The translations under genes were made by a program, and so were the position numbers. From NCBI GenBank assembly GCA_045638945.1, contig JAZUCF010000018.1:1954-65953 (forward strand): a stretch of DNA of 64,000 bases. Reading direction: 5' to 3'. Below, one piece after another: positions 27,831 through 37,190 of the stretch. The notes under the pieces are model-generated. The model saw only the letters and a program-made list of their open reading frames with translations, was not told the origin of the DNA and made no database searches. How positions within the stretch are numbered: the first letter of the stretch is position 1; each line of letters starts with the position of its first letter. Origin of the DNA: Clostridia bacterium (GTDB lineage: Bacteria; Bacillota; Clostridia; UMGS1883).

Positions 27831-28613
27831 ATGCGTATAGCGATAAAAGTCGGAACTTCTACCCTTGCCCACAGCACGGGGCATCTTAATATACGCCACG
27901 TGGAGGATTTATGCAAGGTTATAAGCGACCTTAAAAACGCAGGAAACGAAATAATCCTTGTTTCTTCGGGTGCTATCGGCATGGGCGTGGGGAAGCTTTC
28001 CCTTGGCAAACGCCCCGAGGATATGCCCACAAAGCAGGCGGCGGCGGCAGTTGGCCAGTGTGAGCTGATGTATACATACGACAAGCTTTTTTCCGAATAT
28101 AACCACACTGTGGCACAGCTTCTTATCACATCGCCTGATATTTCCGAAAGTACAAGAAGCGAAAGAGGCGAAAATTTCCGCAATACTGTTCTTCGTCTTT
28201 TGGAGCTTGGAGCACTTCCGATTATAAATGAAAATGACACAGTGGCAACCGAGGAAATCTCGGTGGGTGACAACGATACATTAAGCGCCCTTGTTGCACG
28301 AAGCTGTGATGCTGACCTTTTGGTGCTCCTTTCCGATATTGACGGACTTTATACCGCTGACCCCCATACCAACCCCGATGCCCGTCTTCTGTCCGAGGTT
28401 TCTGCCATTACCTCCGAAATTATTGCAATGGCAGGCGGTAAGGGAAGCGATTTGGGAACAGGCGGCATGGCTACCAAAATCCGTGCGGCACAAATCTGCA
28501 CCGAAAGCGGAATAGATATGATTATAACAAACGGTGCAAACCCTTATGTTCTCTACGATGTAGCAGACGGAAAGAGCATAGGAACCAGATTTATCAGGCA
28601 AGGTGAAAAATAA
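27831..28613 (+). CDS. proB: Glutamate 5-kinase (no PUA domain)
   Basis: KVGTS, VSSGA, NEND, GDNDTLSA, GTGGMATK. Confidence 0.95.
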   Translation: MRIAIKVGTSTLAHSTGHLNIRHVEDLCKVISDLKNAGNEIILVSSGAIGMGVGKLSLGKRPEDMPTKQAAAAVGQCELMYTYDKLFSEYNHTVAQLLITSPDISESTRSERGENFRNTVLRLLELGALPIINENDTVATEEISVGDNDTLSALVARSCDADLLVLLSDIDGLYTADPHTNPDARLLSEVSAITSEIIAMAGGKGSDLGTGGMATKIRAAQICTESGIDMIITNGANPYVLYDVADGKSIGTRFIRQGEK

Positions 28614-28615
28614 AT

Positions 28616-29863
28616 ATGACTACCAGACAAATACTTGAAAATGCCAAGGCGGCAAAGCTTAGTGCAATGCTCCTTGACACAAACAAAAAAAATGATGCTC
28701 TTCTTTTAATGGCGGATAAGCTTATTGAGCATACCGATAAAATCCTTTCTGCAAACGCAGTTGACGTGGAAAAGGCAAAGGAAATAATTTCCGATGTAAT
28801 GATTGACCGCCTTTCTCTTTCCAAAGAAAGAATTGCCGCCATGGCTCAGGGAATCCGTGACGTGGCAGCGCTTCCCGACCCTGTGGGGCAGGTAATAGAA
28901 AGAGTAGAGCGTGAAAACGGACTTATAATCGAAAAAACCTCTGTTCCAATCGGCGTTACGGCAATAATTTACGAAAGCCGCCCCAATGTGACAAGCGATG
29001 CGGCGGCACTTTCCCTGAAAAGCGGAAATGTGTGCGTGCTTCGAGGCGGCAAGGAAGCATATAACAGTGCGAAAGCTATTGTGGATGCACTGAGAGAGGC
29101 TCTTTCAGATTGCGGACTTTCAGAAAACCTGATAAATCTTATTTCCGACACCACCCGCCAGAGTGCAACCGAGCTTATGACGGCTGTGGGATATGTGGAT
29201 TTGCTTATTCCCAGAGGCGGTGCAGGACTTATAAACGCGTGCCTTGAAAACGCAAAGGTCCCCTGTATTCAGACAGGCACGGGAATTTGCCACATCTTTG
29301 TTGATGAAAGTGCCGATTTCGAAATGGCTCTTAATATAATCGAAAATGCTAAAACAAGCCGTCCCTCCGTATGCAATGCGGCGGAAAGTCTGCTTGTGCA
29401 TAAAAACATTGCAAAAGACTTCCTCCCTCTTGTAAAAGAGAGATTAATTGATAACCGAAAGGAAAACCCCGTGGAGCTTCGTTGCGATGAAATGGCTTAT
29501 GAAATTTTAGGTACGAAAAAAGCTTCACAGGCGGATTTTGACACGGAATTTCTTGACTACATCTTAGCAGTAAGCATAGTGGGTGACGTGAAAGGGGCAA
29601 TAGAGCATATTGCACTTCATTCCACGGGACACAGCGAAAGCATTATTACACAAAACGAGGAAAACGCGAAAATCTTTACTGCAGCGGTTGACAGCTCCTC
29701 CGTTTATGTAAATGCCTCCACACGTTTTACAGACGGAGGGGAGTTTGGGCTTGGCTGTGAAATGGGAATTTCCACTCAAAAGCTTCACGCAAGAGGACCG
29801 ATGGGACTAAGGGAGCTGAATACATACAAGTACATTATAAAAGGTAACGGACAGGTAAGATAG
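28616..29863 (+). CDS. proA: Gamma-glutamyl phosphate reductase
   Basis: IYESRPNVT, PRGG, SVCNA, NASTRFTDG, KLHARGP. Confidence 0.96.
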   Translation: MTTRQILENAKAAKLSAMLLDTNKKNDALLLMADKLIEHTDKILSANAVDVEKAKEIISDVMIDRLSLSKERIAAMAQGIRDVAALPDPVGQVIERVERENGLIIEKTSVPIGVTAIIYESRPNVTSDAAALSLKSGNVCVLRGGKEAYNSAKAIVDALREALSDCGLSENLINLISDTTRQSATELMTAVGYVDLLIPRGGAGLINACLENAKVPCIQTGTGICHIFVDESADFEMALNIIENAKTSRPSVCNAAESLLVHKNIAKDFLPLVKERLIDNRKENPVELRCDEMAYEILGTKKASQADFDTEFLDYILAVSIVGDVKGAIEHIALHSTGHSESIITQNEENAKIFTAAVDSSSVYVNASTRFTDGGEFGLGCEMGISTQKLHARGPMGLRELNTYKYIIKGNGQVR

Positions 29864-29864
29864 C

Positions 29865-29960
29865 CAATTGAAAATTGAAAATGGACAATTGAAAATTAAT
29901 GTTCAAAATCAGCATTACTGATTTTGTTCCGAAATTTTCAACTTTTAATTTTCCATTTTT
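29865..29960. repeat. Inverted arrays of a 7-bp unit around a small hairpin
   Basis: AATTGAA AATTGAA AATGGAC AATTGAA AATT...CAAAATCAG/CTGATTTTG...AATTTTCAAC TTTTAATT TTCCATT. Confidence 0.75.
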
Positions 29961-29979
29961 ACGAAAGGGGTTAATTAAT

Positions 29980-30783
29980 ATGTATACTGCAGGTTTTATA
30001 GGCTGCGGCAATATGGGTGGCGCATTGGCAGGTGCGGCAGCAAAGGCAATGGGCGGCGAAAATGTATTTCTCTCCGACTTTTTAGAGGAAAAAGCAATTT
30101 CGTTAAGCCGTGAAACAGGTGCGAACAAATCCTCCAATGAGGATATTGCAAAAAATTGTAAATATATTTTTTTAGGCGTTAAGCCTCAGGTGATTTTCGG
30201 TACAATTTCCGAAATTGCCCCCATATTAAAGAGCCGTAATGACCGCTATATCGTGGTTTCTATGGCGGCAGGCATCAGCATTGATGCCATTAAGGAGGCT
30301 TTCGGATTTGAGGTCCCCGTTATCCGCATTATGCCCAACACCCCTGCATCTGTGGGAAAGGGTGTAATTCTTTATTCATTGGACAGCACAATCACAAAAG
30401 ATGAGGAAAAGGAATTTTGTGAAATTTTCTCTCTCGCAGGGATCACCGACAACATTGACGAAAAGCTGATTGACGCAGCAAGCGCGCTTTCGGGATGCGG
30501 TCCTGCCTTTGTATATCTTTTCATTGAGGCACTCTCTGACGGAGCAGTTGACTGCGGGCTTCCCAGGGATAAGGCTCTTTCCTATGCGGCAAACACGGTT
30601 TTGGGTGCGGCACAGATGGTTATTGAAAGCGGTAAGCACCCCGGCGAGCTTAAAGATAATGTCTGCTCCCCCGGCGGAACAACCATTGAGGGAGTGCGTG
30701 CACTTGAGGACGGCGGTTTCAGGGCAAATGCAATGAACGCAATCATAAAAGCATACGAAAAAACACTTAAATTGAAGAAATAA
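29980..30783 (+). CDS. proC: Pyrroline-5-carboxylate reductase
   Basis: GFIGCGNMG, VKPQ, RIMPNTP, SGCGPA, SPGGTT. Confidence 0.95.
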   Translation: MYTAGFIGCGNMGGALAGAAAKAMGGENVFLSDFLEEKAISLSRETGANKSSNEDIAKNCKYIFLGVKPQVIFGTISEIAPILKSRNDRYIVVSMAAGISIDAIKEAFGFEVPVIRIMPNTPASVGKGVILYSLDSTITKDEEKEFCEIFSLAGITDNIDEKLIDAASALSGCGPAFVYLFIEALSDGAVDCGLPRDKALSYAANTVLGAAQMVIESGKHPGELKDNVCSPGGTTIEGVRALEDGGFRANAMNAIIKAYEKTLKLKK

Positions 30784-30793
30784 AGGCTAAGTT

Positions 30794-30844
30794 TTTGTAT
30801 ATTTACAAAAAACACTTGCAAATTTATACATTTGTCATTATAAT
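30794..30844 (+). promoter_or_regulatory. SigA promoter overlapped by tandem ARG-box-like sites
   Basis: TTGCAA-17-TATAAT; TGTAT-ATTT-ACAAA (30796) and TGCAA-ATTT-ATACA (30817), 21 bp apart. Confidence 0.6.
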
Positions 30845-30880
30845 AAAAACATATCATATAAATTTTGGAGGTTTTTTACA

Positions 30881-31648
30881 ATGAAAAAGATTATTTCCCT
30901 TATTCTTGTGATTGCTCTTTCCGTATTTGTACTTTCAGCTTGCGGCGAAAAGGCAAATGACGAAAAAGCAAACGTACTTACAATGGCCACAAACGCAGAG
31001 TTCCCTCCCTATGAATTCTACGACGGAGATACTGTTGTTGGTATCGATGCTGAAATTGCAGCAGTTATTGCTGAAAAGCTCGGTATGGAACTCGAAATTG
31101 TAGACACTGCATTTGACTCTATCATCCCCGCTGTTGTTGCAGGGAAGTATGATATTGGCATGGCAGGTATGACCGTTACTGATGAAAGACTTGAAGAAGT
31201 TAACTTCTCCGACAGCTATGCTACAGGCGTTCAGGTTGTTATCGTTAAGGACGGCAGTGAAATCACAACTGTTGACGATCTCACAGGCGACAAGAACTAC
31301 ACCATCGGTGTTCAGACAGGTACAACAGGTGACCTTTATTCCACATGGGATATTGAAGATGAAGGTCTTGGCACAGTTTCCCGTTTCAACAAGGGTGCTG
31401 ACGCTGTAGAAGCTCTTAAAATCGGCAAGGTTGACTGTGTAATCATCGACAACGAGCCTGCAAAGGCATTCGTTGCTGAAAGCAGCGATCTTAAGATTCT
31501 TGATACTGCATATGCTGAAGAACAGTATGCAATCGCAGTTTCCAAGGAAAATCCCGAACTTCTTGAAAACATCAACAAAGCTCTTAAAGAGCTTACAGAA
31601 GACGGAACTCTTCAAAAAATCGTTGATAAGTACATCAAAGCTGAATAA
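30881..31648 (+). CDS. Polar amino acid ABC transporter substrate-binding lipoprotein
   Basis: Lipobox LSAC, NAEFPPYE, GVQTGTTG. Confidence 0.92.
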   Translation: MKKIISLILVIALSVFVLSACGEKANDEKANVLTMATNAEFPPYEFYDGDTVVGIDAEIAAVIAEKLGMELEIVDTAFDSIIPAVVAGKYDIGMAGMTVTDERLEEVNFSDSYATGVQVVIVKDGSEITTVDDLTGDKNYTIGVQTGTTGDLYSTWDIEDEGLGTVSRFNKGADAVEALKIGKVDCVIIDNEPAKAFVAESSDLKILDTAYAEEQYAIAVSKENPELLENINKALKELTEDGTLQKIVDKYIKAE

Positions 31649-31669
31649 TTTTTGTTATAAAAAGCTATA

Positions 31670-31704
31670 AATTAAGGGAGCAGGTACAACCCGCTCCCTT
31701 AATT
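31670..31704 (+). terminator. Intra-operon hairpin after the SBP gene
   Basis: AATTAAGGGAGC / GCTCCCTTAATT. Confidence 0.6.
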
Positions 31705-31745
31705 CCTTTATTTTACTTTCAGTCAGAAAGGCTGTGAATTCTTAA

Positions 31746-32474
31746 ATGGCAGAAATTTTTGCTTCATTGAAATCAGACTTTATAAAATGTTTTATCACAA
31801 AAAACCGTTGGAAATTCCTTACGGAAGGTCTTGTTTCAACACTTAAAATTACACTTCTCTCCTGCATAATGGGTATCGCAATCGGTCTTGTTATTGCAAT
31901 AATCAGAAGTACATACGATAAAAATCACAAGCAGTTAAGAGGCGGAATAGGCAAGGCACTTCTCGGTTTTGCCAACTTTTTCTGCAATATCTATCTTACC
32001 GTTATAAGAGGAACACCTGTTGTTGTACAGCTTATGATTATGTACTACATCATTTTTGCAACCTCCAGCAACGGAATTTTAATTGCGGTAATGGCATTCG
32101 GTATAAATTCAGGTGCGTACGTTGCCGAAATTTTCCGTAGCGGCATTATGAGCGTTGACACCGGTCAGTTTGAAGCGGGCAGATCACTGGGGTTTGATTA
32201 CATAAGTACTATGCTTTATATTGTTTTTCCTCAGGCGTTCAAAAGTGTTCTCCCTGCGTTGGCAAATGAATTTATAGTTCTTCTTAAGGAAACTTCCGTA
32301 GCAGGCTACGTTGCAATACGTGACCTCACAAAAGGCGGCGATATTATCCGAGGTGCCACCTATGAAACATTTATGCCCCTTCTTATGGTGGCAGGAATAT
32401 ATCTCGTTTTGGTAATTTTCTTTACCAAACTCGTAAATATTCTCGAAAGGAGGCTCCGTAAGAGTGAACGATAA
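31746..32474 (+). CDS. Amino acid ABC transporter permease
   Basis: [31 protein letters not shown]. Confidence 0.92.
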   Translation: MAEIFASLKSDFIKCFITKNRWKFLTEGLVSTLKITLLSCIMGIAIGLVIAIIRSTYDKNHKQLRGGIGKALLGFANFFCNIYLTVIRGTPVVVQLMIMYYIIFATSSNGILIAVMAFGINSGAYVAEIFRSGIMSVDTGQFEAGRSLGFDYISTMLYIVFPQAFKSVLPALANEFIVLLKETSVAGYVAIRDLTKGGDIIRGATYETFMPLLMVAGIYLVLVIFFTKLVNILERRLRKSER

Positions 32475-33207
32475 TACAATCATCAAGGTTAAGGGCTTAA
32501 AAAAATATTTTGCTAAAGGCAAGGTTAAGGCTCTTGACGGAATCGATCTTGAAATCAAAAAAGGTGAAGTTATTGTCATAATCGGTCCCAGCGGATGCGG
32601 AAAATCTACGTTTCTGCGTTCTCTGAATCTCCTTGAAACTCCTACTGACGGAGAAATTTTTCTTGAGGGCGTGGATATAACAGACCCCAAAAACAATATA
32701 AATCTCCACCGGCAGAAAACGGGAATGGTTTTCCAGCAGTTTAACCTTTTCCCTCATATGACGGTTCTTCGTAATATGACCCTTGCCCCCATGAAGCTTC
32801 TTAAAATGAGCAAGGCGGAGGCAGAGGAAAAAGCCCTTAGTCTTTTAAAAAGAGTAGGACTTGCCGACAGGGCAAATGCGTACCCCTCACAGCTTTCGGG
32901 CGGACAGAAACAGAGAGTGGCAATCGTGCGTGCACTGTGTATGAATCCCGAAGTTCTTCTTTTTGACGAGCCTACAAGTGCACTTGACCCCGAAATGGTT
33001 GGCGAGGTTCTTGATGTTATGAAGGAGCTTGCAAAAGAGGGTATGACAATGGTTGTCGTAACTCACGAAATGGGATTTGCAAGAGAAGTTGCCGACACAG
33101 TAATCTTTATGGATAACGGCGAAATATTGGCAAAAGGCACTCCCGAAGAAATTTTTGAAAAGAACGAAAATCAAAGACTTCGAGATTTCCTGAGAAAAGT
33201 GCTGTAA
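32464..33207 (+). CDS. Amino acid ABC transporter ATPase (GlnQ-like)
   Basis: [24 protein letters not shown]. Confidence 0.94.
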   Translation: MNDNTIIKVKGLKKYFAKGKVKALDGIDLEIKKGEVIVIIGPSGCGKSTFLRSLNLLETPTDGEIFLEGVDITDPKNNINLHRQKTGMVFQQFNLFPHMTVLRNMTLAPMKLLKMSKAEAEEKALSLLKRVGLADRANAYPSQLSGGQKQRVAIVRALCMNPEVLLFDEPTSALDPEMVGEVLDVMKELAKEGMTMVVVTHEMGFAREVADTVIFMDNGEILAKGTPEEIFEKNENQRLRDFLRKVL

Positions 33208-33218
33208 ATGAATATTGG

Positions 33219-33255
33219 ACGAGGGTGTAAAAAACTTTGTTTTTTACACCCTCGT
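33219..33255. terminator. Palindrome between convergent genes (GGTGTAAAAAA type)
   Basis: ACGAGGGTGTAAAAAAC / GTTTTTTACACCCTCGT. Confidence 0.7.
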
Positions 33256-33282
33256 TTTCTTGGGGCTCCCCTTTGTAAGCCG

Positions 33283-34605
33283 TCAGACCGCAAGAGTTCC
33301 CCGTTCATTTTCCAAAAGAATCTGTACATCCTCGGTGTCGCCCGTCTGCGTGTTTACATAGATAAGGAAATGCCGTCCCGACACAACGCCTTTAATCTGA
33401 TAACAGAAGGCTTCATTTCCGCTTTCAAGCGGAATCACAGCCATTGTTGTTTCCTTGATTTGCAAATCGGGGTTTACATTTTTTAAAGCTTCCTCTGCGG
33501 TAATTACAGTCTTGGGAATATTTCTGTAGGTGTGATTCATCACATATCCACGGCTTTCAAATCCGATTACTTCCCCGTCATCAAGTGCCACCTTTACCTT
33601 GACCAGATCGGGGAAAACAATATATCCGTCCTGCTCATAAGCGTAATTTATAACCACGCTTCCGCCCATATTTTCGTAGTAGCTTTCACGCATGTCATTA
33701 AATCCGTTTTCCTTTAAAAATGCGGAGGCTTTTTTCTTTGCGTCGGAAACAGACAGCTTTTCCTCCTCTATATGGCGGTCTTTCATCAGCATCAAAAGGA
33801 TTCCGCCGTGCTTTGTATATTCCGCAACCGCAGAATTTGAATTTACGCTGTAGCAGGGAAGCTTTCCTCCGATTTCGGAAACGCTTGCTTTCTCATTGCC
33901 GATAAGCTTCTTCGCTTTATTTAATGCCTGATTCTTCGTAAGCTCTGCCTTCCCCTTGGTTAAAATGGATTCCTTCAGGGTAAGATGCTGTGAAAACGGC
34001 CCGTCATATATAAGAGAGGGATAGTTGTGAAATTCCTCCTCCAACGCCTCAAGCTCGCTTGCCATTGCCGTTTTTCCCCCACTGAAGGAGGGTAATGCTC
34101 CCTTTTCTCCGTCAAAGGATATATTTCCGTCATTTATTCCTATAAGCATTTCATCAAGACCGCTTTTTAACGTGTTGGCATACCCCGAAAGTTCCTGCAT
34201 GGTCTGAAGTTCTTTCTTCCCTATCTTTTCTCCGCGAAGCATTTTTTCCGAGATACAGTTTGCATACTCGCCCACCTGGGAAAGAAATTCCGATGTTTTT
34301 TCAAGATTTCTTCCGTTTATGGGGAGCAGTGCTAAATTTGCCTTTGCTCCGCTTGCCTGACTGTGCAAATCCGCAGAAAGCTTTGCCATCTGCATGGGAG
34401 TTGATACCACCTGCCCCTTACAAAGCGTTATTTCAAGGTCATCTACATATTCCGTAAGCTCGGCAAAAACCCTGTTGTATTCCAAATTTCTGTGGTAGCT
34501 AAGCTCCTCGGCTCTCTTGTACTGAAACAGAGCAAAGGCTGTTACAAGAAGCAGGAGCGTGGACAAAAGTAAAAATTGTCTGTGTTTTTTAATCTTTTCA
34601 TGCAT
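33283..34605 (-). CDS. ypeB: Germination protein YpeB
   Basis: N-terminal TM, FLSQVGEY, YPSLIYDGPFS, PDLVKVKVALDDG, PepSY-like C-terminus. Confidence 0.9.
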   Translation of the reverse strand: MHEKIKKHRQFLLLSTLLLLVTAFALFQYKRAEELSYHRNLEYNRVFAELTEYVDDLEITLCKGQVVSTPMQMAKLSADLHSQASGAKANLALLPINGRNLEKTSEFLSQVGEYANCISEKMLRGEKIGKKELQTMQELSGYANTLKSGLDEMLIGINDGNISFDGEKGALPSFSGGKTAMASELEALEEEFHNYPSLIYDGPFSQHLTLKESILTKGKAELTKNQALNKAKKLIGNEKASVSEIGGKLPCYSVNSNSAVAEYTKHGGILLMLMKDRHIEEEKLSVSDAKKKASAFLKENGFNDMRESYYENMGGSVVINYAYEQDGYIVFPDLVKVKVALDDGEVIGFESRGYVMNHTYRNIPKTVITAEEALKNVNPDLQIKETTMAVIPLESGNEAFCYQIKGVVSGRHFLIYVNTQTGDTEDVQILLENERGTLAV

Positions 34606-34725
34606 TTTACTACACCTCTGAGTCTATTAATTGCTCAAATTTCCAAATTTTATTCATCGAGCTTGAAAAGGGATTGAGTTTTTGTTATAATGAGGGTAAG
34701 TTTTTTTCCGAAAGGGCTTGATATT

Positions 34726-35928
34726 ATGAAACATGTAATAATTCTCACGGACGGTTGTGCCGATTTGCCTGTTGAAAAATTAGGCAATCTTACACCGCTT
34801 GAAAAGAGTAATACTCCCAATATGGACTATTTTGCCGCAAACGGCGATATTTATCTTGTAAAAACCGTACCCGACTCATTAAAGCCGGGCAGCGATGTGG
34901 CAAACCTTTCCGTTATGGGATATAACCCACTCGATTGCTATACGGGCCGTTCTCCTTTGGAAGCCGCTTCAATCGGAGTAACACTTGCAGATAATCAGAC
35001 TGCATTCAGGGCAAATCTTGTAACGCTTTCCGATGAGGAAAATTACGAGGATAAAACCATGCTTGACTATTCATCGGGAGAAATCACCACCGAGGAAAGC
35101 CGCGCGCTTATGGCTGAAATTGAAAAGGAGCTTGGCGGCGGAGATATTCATTTTTACGGCGGCGTGAGCTACAGGCATTTGTTTGTATGGGAAAACGCTC
35201 CCGAAAGCTTCGTTCTTACACCTCCCCACGATATTTCCGACAGAAAGATAAAGGATTATCTCCCCTCCGACGAGAGGATTCTGGATTTAATGAAGAAAAG
35301 CGAGAAAATCCTTAAAAACCACCCCATTAACAAAAAGAGAATTGCCAACGGCAAAAACCCTGCCACCTCAATGTGGATCTGGGGCGAGGGAACAAAGCCT
35401 GCCCTTAATAATTTCTATGACACCTATGGAAAAACAGGCGCAGTTGTAAGTGCCGTTGACCTTATTAAAGGTATTGCTATCTTAGCAGGAATGAACAGTA
35501 TTGATGTTGAGGGTGCAACAGGGAACATTCACACCAATTTCGACGGCAAGGCAAAAGCAGCAGCAGATGCCCTTTTAAATGATGGTGCCGACCTTGTTTA
35601 TGTGCATCTTGAAGCTCCCGACGAATGTGGGCATCAGGGCGATGCCGAGGGAAAGGTTCGCTCACTGGAGCTTATAGACGAAAAGGTAATCGGATATATA
35701 AAGGCTCGCCTCGACGAAGCAGGAGAGGATTATGCCTTTCTGGTAATGCCCGACCACCCCACTCCCATTGCCACAAAGACTCACAGCCGAGAAGCAGTTC
35801 CCTGCGTGATTTACAAAAAAGGCGATAATAAAGGAAACAACTTCCGATTTATTGAAAAAGACGCCGAGACACATGGCACAGTTGTTTCCGAAGGCTATAA
35901 AATTATGAGTATTTTTCTTAATAAATGA
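34726..35928 (+). CDS. apgM: Cofactor-independent phosphoglycerate mutase, ApgM family (TIGR02535-like)
   Basis: DGCAD, PGSDVAN, GRSPLEAA, EAPDECGH, PDHPTP. Confidence 0.85.
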   Translation: MKHVIILTDGCADLPVEKLGNLTPLEKSNTPNMDYFAANGDIYLVKTVPDSLKPGSDVANLSVMGYNPLDCYTGRSPLEAASIGVTLADNQTAFRANLVTLSDEENYEDKTMLDYSSGEITTEESRALMAEIEKELGGGDIHFYGGVSYRHLFVWENAPESFVLTPPHDISDRKIKDYLPSDERILDLMKKSEKILKNHPINKKRIANGKNPATSMWIWGEGTKPALNNFYDTYGKTGAVVSAVDLIKGIAILAGMNSIDVEGATGNIHTNFDGKAKAAADALLNDGADLVYVHLEAPDECGHQGDAEGKVRSLELIDEKVIGYIKARLDEAGEDYAFLVMPDHPTPIATKTHSREAVPCVIYKKGDNKGNNFRFIEKDAETHGTVVSEGYKIMSIFLNK

Positions 35929-35950
35929 TTAAACCTTTCCTTTAAAGAGT

Positions 35951-35996
35951 AAAATAGAGAATGTAGAAAATTTTGTTTTCCACATTCTCTATTTTG
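35951..35996 (+). terminator. Hairpin after apgM
   Basis: AAAATAGAGAATGT / ACATTCTCTATTTT. Confidence 0.65.
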
Positions 35997-36016
35997 TTTT
36001 GGGAGGGGGTTGTTTT

Positions 36017-37090
36017 TTGAAACTTATTTCATTTAAAACTTTACGTTCTCTTTTTATTGATTTCATTATTTTTTTAGTGCCTGTTTTACTTCTTATTTGG
36101 GCTTTCCCGTATATCTTAAGTATTTTATCCCCATTTATAACGGCGTTTTTTCTTTATCTTGCGGCGAATCCGTTAAATAAGCTTTTACGCAGGAACCATT
36201 TAAACCCTACGCTGTCCTCGCTTTTGTCCCTTATCTTAATTTCCTCGCTTTTCTTTATTCTGCTCCGCTTTCTTTTTATAACCCTTGTAAGCGAGCTTTC
36301 CTCCCTTGCCGAGAATATAAACTTTTTAAGCACCGGCACATTTCCCGATGTTACGGAAAAGGTATCCGGATTAATCGAAAAAAGCTCACTTCCCAATATT
36401 GTGAAAACCTCCTCCGATACTTTTCTGCCCACGCTCTTTAACGCAGTCCGTGATAATCTTGTTAATTTTTTAAAAACGGCAGGGACTTTCCTTATTGATA
36501 TTATAAAGAATATCCCCTCAATGGTTATATGGCTTTTCACCACCGTCTTTACAACCTTTTTCCTTTTAAAAGAGGAGGACGGTATTGCTTCATTTTCTAA
36601 AAGCTTCTTCGGGGAAAAGGTATGTAAGGGATTTATGAAAATTAAAAATTCCTTTCTTTCAGTTACATTTTCATATATTAAAGCACAGCTTATCATTGAA
36701 TCAATTATTTTCGCGGTGCTTTTTACGGGATTTTTGCTCCTTAAAATTGATTTTGCCTTTCTTTTAGCACTTATCACGGCAGTTGTTGACGCCGTACCCA
36801 TTTTAGGCACCGGAACAATTCTTATTCCTTTTTCCTTATTCAATTTCGTTTTGGGAGAATACTCCTTAGGTTGGGGAGTTCTGATTCTATACGGAATCGC
36901 AATGGCTACAAGGCAGCTCTGCGAGCCTAAAATTCTTGGGACAAAATTGGGCGTTCATCCTCTTTTCACGGTTTTTGCCATGTATTCGGGAATGAAGCTT
37001 TTCGGAATTGCAGGGCTTATTTTCGGACCCATTGCCGCCATTTTAATAAAAAATTTAGTTTCTCCCCAGCATGAAAAAGCTCTTCTTTAG
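36017..37090 (+). CDS. ytvI: Sporulation integral membrane protein YtvI (AI-2E family)
   Basis: YIKAQ, DAVPILGTG, RQLCEPKILG, GVHP, GLIFGP. Confidence 0.85.
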   Translation: MKLISFKTLRSLFIDFIIFLVPVLLLIWAFPYILSILSPFITAFFLYLAANPLNKLLRRNHLNPTLSSLLSLILISSLFFILLRFLFITLVSELSSLAENINFLSTGTFPDVTEKVSGLIEKSSLPNIVKTSSDTFLPTLFNAVRDNLVNFLKTAGTFLIDIIKNIPSMVIWLFTTVFTTFFLLKEEDGIASFSKSFFGEKVCKGFMKIKNSFLSVTFSYIKAQLIIESIIFAVLFTGFLLLKIDFAFLLALITAVVDAVPILGTGTILIPFSLFNFVLGEYSLGWGVLILYGIAMATRQLCEPKILGTKLGVHPLFTVFAMYSGMKLFGIAGLIFGPIAAILIKNLVSPQHEKALL

Positions 37091-37119
37091 AAAAAAACCA
37101 AAAATATTTTTAAAAAATG

Positions 37120-37159
37120 CGAACAGATGTTTGCATTTTTTATTTTTTTGTGTTATACT
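37120..37159 (+). promoter_or_regulatory. LexA (SOS/Cheo) box overlapping a SigA promoter
   Basis: CGAACAGATGTTTG at 37120-37133 overlaps TTGCAT-17-TATACT. Confidence 0.75.
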
Positions 37160-37190
37160 GTTTTCACAAATGTAAAACGGAGTGATTTTA

